This document shows, piece after piece, positions 51,835-60,882 of a stretch of 64,000 bases of DNA. Below the pieces are notes generated by a model. The model saw only the letters and a program-made list of their open reading frames with translations, searched no databases and was not told the DNA's origin. Positions within the stretch are counted from its first letter, which is position 1; each line of letters opens with the position of its first letter. The stretch is from an uncultured Bifidobacteriaceae bacterium. GTDB lineage: Bacteria > Acidobacteriota > Vicinamibacteria > Vicinamibacterales > UBA2999. Made by a program: the position numbers and the translations under genes. The DNA is taken from positions 1,234-65,233 of the forward strand of contig CAZUGF010000010.1 in assembly GCA_964619705.1 (NCBI GenBank), given 5' to 3'.

Positions 51835-53580
51835 TCAGGGCTCTCGGGACAAGGCCGCCATCGTCCCGGCCACGTACGCGCGCCGCGTATCCTGCCGGCG
51901 CACCTTGCCGCTGGTCGTGCGCGGGATGGCACCTGGCGCCACCAGCCGGATGTCGTCGGGGCCCATGTCGAAGTGCAGCTGGCACGCCTCGCGGATCCGC
52001 CGCTGGATGACCTCCTGCGCTTCCGCATCGCGCCGGCGCGATTCCGCCACGACCACGATCCGCATGCCGGCCAGGTCCCCGACCCCTACCGCCACCACGC
52101 CGCCGGCAATGAGGCCCGGCACCTGCGCCACCGCACGCTCGATGTCCTGCGCGTAGTAGTTGCGGCCGAACCGGATCAGCAGGTCCTTCGAACGGCCGGT
52201 GATGAACAACTGGCCGTCAGCGACGTAGCCCAGGTCGCCGGTATGCAGCCACCCGTTCCTCAGCGCGGCCGTCGACTCCACCGGCCGGCCGTGGTAGCCG
52301 CGCATCACGGAGGGCCCCTGCACGACGACCTCCCCGACGACCCGCGCCCCCACCTCGCGGTCCTCCTCGTCGACGATGCGGATGTCGGAGCCCGGCAGGG
52401 GCCGCCCCACCGAGACGAAGGCACGGCTGCGCGCGGCACCGCTCGCGGGATGCGCCCGTCCCTCGCGCTCGAGCCGATCGGCATCGACGCGATCCACGGT
52501 GGGGGCGCCAGGTGCGCCGAACGTCACGGCCAGCGCACACTCCGCCAGTCCGTAGACGGGCCGAATCGTACCCGGCCGCAGGCCGTAGGCCGCAAACCGC
52601 GCCTCGAAGTCCTCCACCGTGGCCGGGTCGATGGGCTCGGCGCCGTTGAGCGCGACCTCCAGCGTCGTGAGGTCCACGCCGGCCATGTCCTCGTCAGTGA
52701 TGGTCTTCGTGCACAGGGCATAGGCGAAGTTCGGGGCCACGGCGGTGTCGGCGCGGACATCGGAGGCGTACTGGAGCCAGCGGGCCGGGTCCCTGACGAA
52801 GGCCTGCGGCGGCATCAGTACCTGCGGCCGCCTGGCATAGAGCGTCGTGAGCGCGCAGCCGATGAGCCCCATGTCGTGGTACAGCGGCAGCCAGCTGATC
52901 GAGGCCGTCGTCGGGCGCGCGAGGACGCCGCTGATCACGCGGGCGTTCGCAATCACCGCCTCGTGGGTCAGCGCCACGCCCTTGGGATCGCTGGTGCTGC
53001 CCGAGGTGTACTGCAGCAGCGCCAGGTCTGACGGATCGACGTCACCGATGTCGCCGGCTCCCATCGCGGCGGGCGGCACGTCATCCGACGGGACGAGCGG
53101 CAGCATGCGATCGTGCTCCCGCAGGTAGTCGGCCAGGACGCGCAGCGATCGTTCCGGCCCCGCCAGAGCCGCGGCCGCGCAGTCGTCGGCAACGCGCAGC
53201 ACCGCCGCGAAGAGGACGGCCAGCTTGTCGGGCCGCGCGGAGTGCGGAGGCGCGACGGGCACAGGCGTGGCGCCCAGCAGCAGCGCGCCGAAGAACGCAT
53301 CGAAGAATCCCGGGCCGGTCGGCGTCATGACGATGACGCGATCCCCGGCCCTGACACCGGCGGCCGACAGGCGCGCGGCGCGCGCGGCGGCGCCCGCACG
53401 CAGCCGCGCCCAGGTGATCGCCTCGGGCTCGCGGCCGTGATCCACGAAAAGCAGGGCCGTCGCCTCCGGCGCGAGATCGGCGGCGGCCAGCAGCTCCGTC
53501 AGGGTGCGCGCGCGCGGCGCCTCCCACAACCGCTGCTGCAGGTCGAGGTGAGCCGTGAACGGCTCCAGCCGCGTCCGCAT
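51835..53580 (-). CDS. Fatty acyl-AMP ligase (FAAL-type adenylate-forming enzyme)
   Basis: This is the last 581 aa of ORF 51835..54624, with the start at MRTRLEPF (53580). LQYTSGSTSDPKGVALTHEAVIAN, APNFAYALC, YGLAECAL, TGDLGY and TSGKVRR are present. These resemble FadD32/FAAL-type enzymes rather than CoA ligases. Confidence 0.8.
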   Translation of the reverse strand: MRTRLEPFTAHLDLQQRLWEAPRARTLTELLAAADLAPEATALLFVDHGREPEAITWARLRAGAAARAARLSAAGVRAGDRVIVMTPTGPGFFDAFFGALLLGATPVPVAPPHSARPDKLAVLFAAVLRVADDCAAAALAGPERSLRVLADYLREHDRMLPLVPSDDVPPAAMGAGDIGDVDPSDLALLQYTSGSTSDPKGVALTHEAVIANARVISGVLARPTTASISWLPLYHDMGLIGCALTTLYARRPQVLMPPQAFVRDPARWLQYASDVRADTAVAPNFAYALCTKTITDEDMAGVDLTTLEVALNGAEPIDPATVEDFEARFAAYGLRPGTIRPVYGLAECALAVTFGAPGAPTVDRVDADRLEREGRAHPASGAARSRAFVSVGRPLPGSDIRIVDEEDREVGARVVGEVVVQGPSVMRGYHGRPVESTAALRNGWLHTGDLGYVADGQLFITGRSKDLLIRFGRNYYAQDIERAVAQVPGLIAGGVVAVGVGDLAGMRIVVVAESRRRDAEAQEVIQRRIREACQLHFDMGPDDIRLVAPGAIPRTTSGKVRRQDTRRAYVAGTMAALSREP

Positions 53581-53582
53581 CG

Positions 53583-54365
53583 TCAACGAGGCGCACCGGC
53601 GGCGGGACGCCCGGCACTGGCCGTCCAGCACTGGCCGGCCATCGTCGGCTCGATCGCATGCACGGTGAGGCCTGCCGCTTCGATCATCGCGCGCAGTTGC
53701 CCGGCGGTGGCAAACTGGTAGTCGCCGGACTGCTCCGCGCGCTTGATGCGCCACACGTAGTAGAAGATGCGGCTGGTGTTGACGAGATAGCGCACGCCGA
53801 GCGCCGCGGTGCCGAGCAGGCCGTCGGTCTGCCGGCGATCGCGCAGCGTCTCCGTGTAGACGCGCCACGTGTTGAAGCCCGTCGCGAAGACGGAGATGGC
53901 GATGCGGCCCCCGGGCTTCAGCACGCGCGCCAGCTCGGTGACGGCAAAGCGCTGGCGCTCCGGCACGAGGTAGTGCAGGACGAGACTGCAGGCAATCTTG
54001 TCGAACGTGGCCGTGTCGAAGGGCAGCGGGCGCGTCAGGTCCGCGACACGAAACGTCGCCGACGGCACCTTGCGGCGGCAGCGTTCCAGCGCGGGTTCGC
54101 AGAAGTCGATGCCGGTGACCCGGGCGCCCGGCACGGCCAGCACCTCGGTCACGTTGGCGGTGCCGCTGCCGGCATCCAGGATCACGTCGCCGGGGGCCGG
54201 TTCCAGCAGTTCCGCGTGCCGCTCGACCATCCGGCGGTACGGCGGCGACTCGTTCAGCGTGTCGTAGAACGAAAAATACCGCTCCCAGAATCGCTGCAGG
54301 GCACGCGATCGCGGCTCGGCCGGCGGCTCGGCGACGGCCGCATCCGGACTGGTCGGCTGGGTCAT
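53583..54365 (-). CDS. Class I SAM-dependent methyltransferase
   Basis: ORF 53583..54398, with the start at MTQPTS (54365). Motif I is ILDAGSGTANVTE, and the post-I/II region is VTGIDFC...LKPGGRIAI. Its stop is 2 nt before the FAAL start. Confidence 0.85.
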   Translation of the reverse strand: MTQPTSPDAAVAEPPAEPRSRALQRFWERYFSFYDTLNESPPYRRMVERHAELLEPAPGDVILDAGSGTANVTEVLAVPGARVTGIDFCEPALERCRRKVPSATFRVADLTRPLPFDTATFDKIACSLVLHYLVPERQRFAVTELARVLKPGGRIAISVFATGFNTWRVYTETLRDRRQTDGLLGTAALGVRYLVNTSRIFYYVWRIKRAEQSGDYQFATAGQLRAMIEAAGLTVHAIEPTMAGQCWTASAGRPAAGAPR

Positions 54366-54385
54366 GCGGCGTGATAATAGCCCAC

Positions 54386-54841
54386 ATGCGCCCGACATAC
54401 GAGTTCACGCTGTGGGTCGTGGTGATGGTGCTGGGTCTCCACTTCCTCGAGGAGTTCGCGCTCGACCTGCGCACCTGGCTCGAAGGCGTGCTCCAGGTGC
54501 CGGTGACCTGGGAGCAGTGCCATCTCGTCAACGCGTGCGTCACCCTGATGGCGATCGGCGGCACGGCCATCGGGTGGCGCCGGCCGGAGCTGAGCCTCAT
54601 CATGCCGGCGATTGTGATCGTCAACGCGATCGTGTTTCACCTCGGCTTCTCGATCATCTGGCGCAGCTACTCCCCGGGCACGGTGTCGGCGCTGCTGCTG
54701 TTCGTGCCGGCGGGCCTGTGGTGCTACATCGGCGCGCATCGCGACGGCGTGCTGACGCGCCGCGCGATCATCGTCTCCGTGGGCGCCGCGGTGTTCGTCC
54801 ACCTGTGGCTGCTGGCGTTTCAGCTGTTCGGGCCGCCCTGA
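54386..54841 (+). CDS. HXXEE-domain membrane protein
   Basis: ORF 54371..54841, with the ATG at 54386 preferred. It has the LHFLEEF motif in the first TM helix and four to five TM helices. Its 3' end overlaps the RND gene 3' end by 22 nt. Confidence 0.7.
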   Translation: MRPTYEFTLWVVVMVLGLHFLEEFALDLRTWLEGVLQVPVTWEQCHLVNACVTLMAIGGTAIGWRRPELSLIMPAIVIVNAIVFHLGFSIIWRSYSPGTVSALLLFVPAGLWCYIGAHRDGVLTRRAIIVSVGAAVFVHLWLLAFQLFGPP

Positions 54842-57800
54842 GCGACGGCCACGGGCGGTTCCCACCGGATGACGCGCAGGTCCAGCACGAAGATGGCGTA
54901 GAGCACGGGCACCAGCACCAGCGTCACCAGCGTGGCAATGGTCAGGCCGCCGATCTGCGTGTAGCAGAGCCCTTCCCACAGCGGTCCGCCGTGCATCGCC
55001 AGCGGCACCAGGCCGAAGACGGTGGCGCCGACCGTGACCGCAACAGGCCGCAGCCGGGCAATGCCGGCATCGAGCAGCGCGTCCTTCAGGGGTTCGCCGC
55101 GCGCGTGCGCCTCCTCGATGTAGTCGAAGAGCACGATGACGTGGCTCACGATCACGCCGATCAGGCTCGCGACGCCGAGGAAGGCCATGAACCCGAAGGG
55201 CGTGCGCGTGACGGCCAGCGTGACGAGTGCGCCCATCACGCCGAACGGGATGGCGGAAAAGACCACCAGCGGCTTGACCGCATTCCTGAACTGGAAGACG
55301 AGGGCCATGTAGATCAGGCCGATCGAGACCAGCATCACCCCGGCCAGTTCCGCAAAGCCCTTGACCTGCTCTTCCTCCTCGCCCCCGATCTCGAGGCGAT
55401 AGCCCGGCGGCATCGATGCGGCCAGCCGATCGATCGCCGGCCGCGCGGCGCCGAGCACTTCCGAGGCCAGCGTCCCGGGTACCGGGAACGCCGACACCGT
55501 GATCGTGCGGAACTGGTTCCGCCGGCGGATGCGCTCCGTCGACATGCCGTATTCCACCTGCGAGACCTGCCGGAGCGGCACGCGCGCCTCGCTCTGGAGC
55601 GAGTACACGTAGAGATCCTGGATGTCCGTGAGCCGCGCCCGGTCCTCGACGCGCAGCCGCGCCACCACGGGAATCCGCTTGTCGCCGTCACGCACCGTCG
55701 TGACCGGGAACCCGTTGATGGCGGTCACCGACGACAGGGCGACTTCCAGGTTCGACACGCCCGCCATGCTGGCGCGATCGGCATCCACCTCCAGGCGCAC
55801 CTTGAAGCTGTCGGCCCCCCAGTCGTCCCGCACGCCGTCTGCCGCCGGCACGGCGCGCAGTGCGGCCTTCGCCTGGTCGGCAAGCGCGCGCAGCGTGTCG
55901 ATGCGCTCCCCCGAAATCCGCACCGACACCGGGATGCCGACCGGCTTGCCCGTCTCGAGCTGCCGCACGTCGACGCGCGCACCGGCTATCGCGTGCGACA
56001 ACGCGCGCTGCAGCCGCGGCACGAGGGTTGACGTGTCGTGCTTGTCGGCCACGTTGACGATGAGCTGCGCGTAGTTGGGCTGCGCCAGCTCCGGCGCGAC
56101 CGAGAACCAGAACCGCGGCGCACCGGCGCCGACGAAGGTGGTCACCGACCGGAGCACCGGGGCGGCCGCCGCATCCGGGCCATGGTGCTCGACGCCGTAG
56201 GCTTCCGCCTCCTCACGGACGATCTGTTCGGCCTGCTGCGCCAGGGCGTTGGTGGCGGCGACCGTGGCGTCCTCGGGCAGCCAGATGTCGATGTAGGACA
56301 GGTACGACAGGTCCTTCGGGAAGAACTGCACCTTCAACCCGCGCACCGACACGGCGCCGACCAGGAGCAGCACGACGGCAGCGCCGAGCGTCAGCCAGCG
56401 GCGCTCGATGAGCCGGCTCAGCGTGCGGTAGTACAGGCCGCTGCGGCTGCCCGCGGCGTGACCGGATCGCGACGGGCGCAGCAGGTAGTACCCCAGCAGC
56501 GGGATGAACGTCATCGACGTGATGCGCGAGGCCACCAGCGCGCACGCCAGCACGACCGGCAGGCTGTAGATGAACTCGCCGCTCGTGCCGCTGATCATCA
56601 GGAGCGGGACGTAGGCCGCGATGTTGGTGATCGTCGCGAACAGGATGGCCACTTCCAGGCGCGTCGGGCCGAGCCACGCGGCAATGCGCGGCGGCTGGCC
56701 GGTATTGAGGCTGTGCTTGATGGCATCACCGGCCACGACCGGGTCATCGACCAGCAGCCCCAGCGCGATGATGAGCGAGGCAATCGACACCTGCTGCAGG
56801 TCGATGCCGAGCGCGTACATCGCGGCGAAGGTCAGCGCCAGCGTCAGCGGAATGGCCAGTGCCATCACCAGCGCCGACCGCCATTCCCAGAAGCCGATCA
56901 GCGCCACCAGCACGACGAGGACAATGGCCTCATAGAGGCTGCGCATGAACAGGTCCACGTTCTCGCGCACCTGCAGCGGCTGATCCGACGGCCGCGCCAG
57001 GATGAGGTCCGCCGGAATCGTCGGACCGAGCGACGCCAGCGCCTGGTCCACGGCCTCGCCGAACTCGGCAATCTGTTCCCCGGGCCGCATCTGCAGCGCG
57101 ACGGTGATGGCGCGCGCCCGGCGCCAGGTGCCGTCCGCCTGCCTCGTCGTCAGGTAGTTGAGGTCCTGCGCCGGCGTCTGGTAGCCGCGCACGATGTCGA
57201 CGCTGTCGCGCAGGTACACGGGACGGCCCGATGCCGACTGCCCCACGATGACGCCGCCGATCTCCCGCTCCGACGCGAACTCGCCGGCGGGATCGATCAG
57301 CAGCCCGCGGCCCTCGACGCCAATCAGCCCGCCGGTCGCCGCGCTGTTGCGCCCGGCCAGCACCTGCAGCAAGGTCGCGGGACGCAGCGACGACGCGGCC
57401 AGGCGCGCCTGGCCGTACTCGAGATAGATCTGCTCCGGCAGCACGCCCGACCGCGTGATCTTCGCGACCTGCGGCACGTTCTGCAGCGTCCGCTTGATGG
57501 TGTCGGTGAACTGATCGAGCTCGCGGTAACTGTACTTGTCGCCGGCCACCTCGGCCAGGCGGGCCCGCGCGTCCCCGGGCGACTCCACCAGCATCACCGG
57601 CCACACGTCGGGATGCAGGTCCGCCCCGACCAGCCGTCCGGCCACCATCCGGCTGACCGCGCCCAGCAGGGCGCCCGCGTCGCCGGCCGGTTCGAGGTCG
57701 AAGCCCACGAACCCCGGCCCGTCGAGCGGGCGCAGGTCGCGGCCGAGGCCCTGCGTGCCCGCCAGGTCCATGATCAGGTCGCGCTGGCGCGCCGGCAGGG

Positions 57801-58407
57801 CCGCGTCGATGATCGGCGGAAACGCGGCGACGAGCGACACGCGCGGCCCAGCCGGTGCCGCCGCCCGCACGGCCTCGATCGACGCCTGCACCGCCGCCGC
57901 GCGAATCGACAGCTCGACCTCGTCCACCTTCGGGCTCGCCACCGTCAGCAGCAGCGCCGCCGTGTCGCCGAAGTCCTTCATGAACTCGACCGGCCCGGCG
58001 CCCTCCGGCAGATCGCGCAGCGACGCCAGCCGCTGGGCGATGTCGGCAAACTCCTTGGCGGTGTCGTGGGTCCCCTCGTCGAGCTTGAGCACGACAATGG
58101 CGACGCTGCCGCGCGTGGTCGACTCGATCAGGGACACGCGCGCGTTCTCGGCGATCCGTTCCTCGATGCGGCGCGTCACCAGTTGCTCGACACGCTCGGC
58201 ATCCACGCCCGGCCACGCGCACACCGCCGCGGCATACACGACCTCGAACCGCGGATCCTTCAGCTTCGGCATCCGCATGTACGAGAACACGCCCGCCACG
58301 CACGCCGCGATGAGCAGCACCCACGCAATCTGGCGGTTCTCGACGAAGAACCGCGCCGTGTTGTGCGTGTCCCTGATGATCTCGTCGTCTGATCGGCCGT
58401 GGCTCAT
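54820..58407 (-). CDS. RND efflux transporter permease (AcrB/AcrD/AcrF superfamily)
   Basis: ORF 54820..58413, with the ATG at 58407. It is about 1195 aa with 12 TM helices and two large periplasmic loops. FFVENRQIAWVLLIA... is the typical N-terminus. Confidence 0.9.
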   Translation of the reverse strand: MSHGRSDDEIIRDTHNTARFFVENRQIAWVLLIAACVAGVFSYMRMPKLKDPRFEVVYAAAVCAWPGVDAERVEQLVTRRIEERIAENARVSLIESTTRGSVAIVVLKLDEGTHDTAKEFADIAQRLASLRDLPEGAGPVEFMKDFGDTAALLLTVASPKVDEVELSIRAAAVQASIEAVRAAAPAGPRVSLVAAFPPIIDAALPARQRDLIMDLAGTQGLGRDLRPLDGPGFVGFDLEPAGDAGALLGAVSRMVAGRLVGADLHPDVWPVMLVESPGDARARLAEVAGDKYSYRELDQFTDTIKRTLQNVPQVAKITRSGVLPEQIYLEYGQARLAASSLRPATLLQVLAGRNSAATGGLIGVEGRGLLIDPAGEFASEREIGGVIVGQSASGRPVYLRDSVDIVRGYQTPAQDLNYLTTRQADGTWRRARAITVALQMRPGEQIAEFGEAVDQALASLGPTIPADLILARPSDQPLQVRENVDLFMRSLYEAIVLVVLVALIGFWEWRSALVMALAIPLTLALTFAAMYALGIDLQQVSIASLIIALGLLVDDPVVAGDAIKHSLNTGQPPRIAAWLGPTRLEVAILFATITNIAAYVPLLMISGTSGEFIYSLPVVLACALVASRITSMTFIPLLGYYLLRPSRSGHAAGSRSGLYYRTLSRLIERRWLTLGAAVVLLLVGAVSVRGLKVQFFPKDLSYLSYIDIWLPEDATVAATNALAQQAEQIVREEAEAYGVEHHGPDAAAAPVLRSVTTFVGAGAPRFWFSVAPELAQPNYAQLIVNVADKHDTSTLVPRLQRALSHAIAGARVDVRQLETGKPVGIPVSVRISGERIDTLRALADQAKAALRAVPAADGVRDDWGADSFKVRLEVDADRASMAGVSNLEVALSSVTAINGFPVTTVRDGDKRIPVVARLRVEDRARLTDIQDLYVYSLQSEARVPLRQVSQVEYGMSTERIRRRNQFRTITVSAFPVPGTLASEVLGAARPAIDRLAASMPPGYRLEIGGEEEEQVKGFAELAGVMLVSIGLIYMALVFQFRNAVKPLVVFSAIPFGVMGALVTLAVTRTPFGFMAFLGVASLIGVIVSHVIVLFDYIEEAHARGEPLKDALLDAGIARLRPVAVTVGATVFGLVPLAMHGGPLWEGLCYTQIGGLTIATLVTLVLVPVLYAIFVLDLRVIRWEPPVAVAQGGPNS

Positions 58408-58414
58408 GCGCACC

Positions 58415-59518
58415 CTACCTCGTGGGGTTGACGCGCTCGCCGTCGGTGACGATGGTGGCGCCCTGGACGATCAGCTGCTCGCTTCCGGTCAGCCCGTCGA
58501 TGACGGTGATGTCGTTGCCGAGCAGGTCGCCCAGGCGCACGCGGCGGAGCTCCGCCGTCGAGACCCCGCCCTGCTGGCGCAGCACGTAGACCGCATAGCC
58601 CTCGCTCTCGCCGGGGGGACGGACGACAGCCGACAGGGGGATGACCAGCGCGTCCGCGCGCGCCTGCGCCGGATCGCCGGGACGCGTGGCCTGCACGACC
58701 GCCACCATGCCCGGCTTGAGCGCGCCGTCGGCGTTGGGCAGCGTGATCTCGATCTCGAACAGGCGGCTGCGCGGGTCGGCGGTCGGCGACACCTTGGTGA
58801 TGCGTCCCTCGAAGCGGCGATCGGGCAGCGCGTCGGTGCGAACGGCTTCGGTCGCGCCGGCCGGGAACGTCGGGAGCAGGGTGTCGGGCACGCCGACCAC
58901 CACCTTCACGGTGCGGATGTCGGCGATCACGAACCCCGGCGTGCCCGGACCGACGAGCGATCCCACTTCGACGAGCCGCTTGAGCACCACGCCGGCCAGC
59001 GGGGCGCGCAGCGCGGCATCGCCCTGCGCCAGTTCGGCCTCGCCGACGAGCGCCGTGGCGCCCGACATGCGCGCATCGATGGCGGCCAGCGTGGCCCGCG
59101 CCTGATCGAGATCCGGCCTGGTGAGGCTCTTCGACGCAAACAGCGCTTCCGCGCGGGCGACGGCGGCGGCAGCCGCCTCGCGCGACGCGGTCGCCTCGCT
59201 CAACTGGGCGCGTGCCTGGCTGACCTTCGCGTCGTAGTCCGCGCTCCGCACCGACGCCAGCACCGTGCCGGCGGCGACGTGATCGCCGTCCTGGATGGGC
59301 CGCCCGCCGATGGACGCGATCGACGTCACGTAGCCGCCGACGCGGAAGGCCAGGTCCACGCGCGTGCCTGGCTCGATCGCCGCCGAGTAGCGCAGCGGCA
59401 GGTCGATCGACTGCCGCTGCACGTCCGCCACCAGCACCGGCGTGAGGGGCTTGTCGTAGGGCACCGGCCGGCTGCAACCGGAGGCCAGCAGGATCGCCAG
59501 GAGGATGGGACGTGTCAT
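58415..59518 (-). CDS. Efflux RND periplasmic adaptor (MFP/HlyD family) lipoprotein
   Basis: 367 aa. The lipobox is LLASGCS. It also has a coiled-coil hairpin and beta-barrel motifs (GMVAVVQA, PLSAVV). Confidence 0.9.
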   Translation of the reverse strand: MTRPILLAILLASGCSRPVPYDKPLTPVLVADVQRQSIDLPLRYSAAIEPGTRVDLAFRVGGYVTSIASIGGRPIQDGDHVAAGTVLASVRSADYDAKVSQARAQLSEATASREAAAAAVARAEALFASKSLTRPDLDQARATLAAIDARMSGATALVGEAELAQGDAALRAPLAGVVLKRLVEVGSLVGPGTPGFVIADIRTVKVVVGVPDTLLPTFPAGATEAVRTDALPDRRFEGRITKVSPTADPRSRLFEIEITLPNADGALKPGMVAVVQATRPGDPAQARADALVIPLSAVVRPPGESEGYAVYVLRQQGGVSTAELRRVRLGDLLGNDITVIDGLTGSEQLIVQGATIVTDGERVNPTR

Positions 59519-60882
59519 GGGTCGGCCCTCGCCCGTTCGAATTCCGCACGGGCACTCCAGTACTGGCCGATGGCCTGCTCACGGGCGGTGTCGGCCTCGG
59601 CAAGGCGCGCCTGCGCCTCGAGCACGTCGCGCTGCAGGGCGGCATCCTGCGCAAATCGATCGGTGGCCACACGTACGCGCTCGCGCGCGGCCTCCCGGGC
59701 GGCATCGCTGATGGTGACCATGGCGTAGGCATCCTGCAGCGCCCGGAAGCGCGCGCGCACGTCCACGCGCACCAGCGACTCGGCCTCGGCCGTCCCCAGC
59801 GCCGCCTGTCCCTGCTGCAGCTGCGCGCGCGCGCGTTCGGCCCGGCGGCGTCCCCAGTCCCACGGCTCCCACGTGGCCAGCACGCCGAAGAGCGCGCCGT
59901 GGTGCGGCAGCACCTCGAACCCGTAGAACCCGGTGTACTCGAACGCCAGGCTCAGGTCCGGCATGCCGGGCGTCCTGGTGGCGGACATCGCCGCTTCGGC
60001 CCGGCGCGCCTGCAGCCGGGCGATGCGGACTTCCGGGCGCGCGGACAGCGCCAGCCGCTCCGCCTCGCGCAGGTCGATCTCCGCGGCTTCGGCGGGACGG
60101 AACGGCTCCACCGCGAACGTGTCGTCGACGTCGCGGCCGAGCAGGACATTCAGTTGCTCGCGATAGCCCTGCGCCGCTCGTCCGGCGATGGCGGCCTGCT
60201 GCTCCTGGGCCTGCACGCCCGCGCGGGCCGCCAGCACGTCGGCCGGCAGCGCCGCCTCCTGCGATGCATACGCCTCGCTGAGCCGCAGCAGTTCGCGCGC
60301 GTAGCGCGCCGATTCCTCGCGCGCCCGCGCTGCCCCTTCGGCCTGCACGACCGCGTAGTAGGCCTGCCTGACCTGGGCCACGAGCGCGGCCTCCTGCAGC
60401 CGTACCTGCTCGGCGGCCACCTGCGCACCCAGTTCGGCAGCGTCTTCGCCGTGGCCGATCCGGGAGAGTTGCGTCAGCGGCTGGATGACACTGGCAAAGA
60501 CCACCGTGCTGAGGCGAGGGTTGGTCGTGATCGTCACGTCGGACGGGGGAATGGGGCCCGTCGTGGGCAGCGTCCCGAAGACGCCCTCCGCAAAGCGGAA
60601 ACTCATCGGCGCCACCAGCGTGCCGGTGCCCACCTTGACGTCGAACAGCGGCTTCTTCTGCGCGCGGAAGATCGCGACCTCGTGCGCGGCGCTGTCCACG
60701 TCCAGGCGCGCGGCCTGCAGCGGCCGATTCTGCCGGCGGGCCAGCGCCACGGCTTCGTCGAGCGTCAGGACCCGCACCTCGGTGCCGGCCGTCTGGGCGG
60801 CCGCGCCGGCGGCGAGCGCGACCGACAACGCGGCGGCGATCCACCCTGCCCGCGCCCTCACCGGCCACGGGCCACGCGTCAT
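59515..60882 (-). CDS. TolC-family outer membrane efflux protein
   Basis: This is the last 455 aa of ORF 59515..61875, with the start at MTRGPWPV (60882). It has a signal peptide and then LTLDEAVALARRQNRPLQAARLDV.... There are ATGA overlaps at both ends. Confidence 0.85.
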   Translation of the reverse strand: MTRGPWPVRARAGWIAAALSVALAAGAAAQTAGTEVRVLTLDEAVALARRQNRPLQAARLDVDSAAHEVAIFRAQKKPLFDVKVGTGTLVAPMSFRFAEGVFGTLPTTGPIPPSDVTITTNPRLSTVVFASVIQPLTQLSRIGHGEDAAELGAQVAAEQVRLQEAALVAQVRQAYYAVVQAEGAARAREESARYARELLRLSEAYASQEAALPADVLAARAGVQAQEQQAAIAGRAAQGYREQLNVLLGRDVDDTFAVEPFRPAEAAEIDLREAERLALSARPEVRIARLQARRAEAAMSATRTPGMPDLSLAFEYTGFYGFEVLPHHGALFGVLATWEPWDWGRRRAERARAQLQQGQAALGTAEAESLVRVDVRARFRALQDAYAMVTISDAAREAARERVRVATDRFAQDAALQRDVLEAQARLAEADTAREQAIGQYWSARAEFERARADP

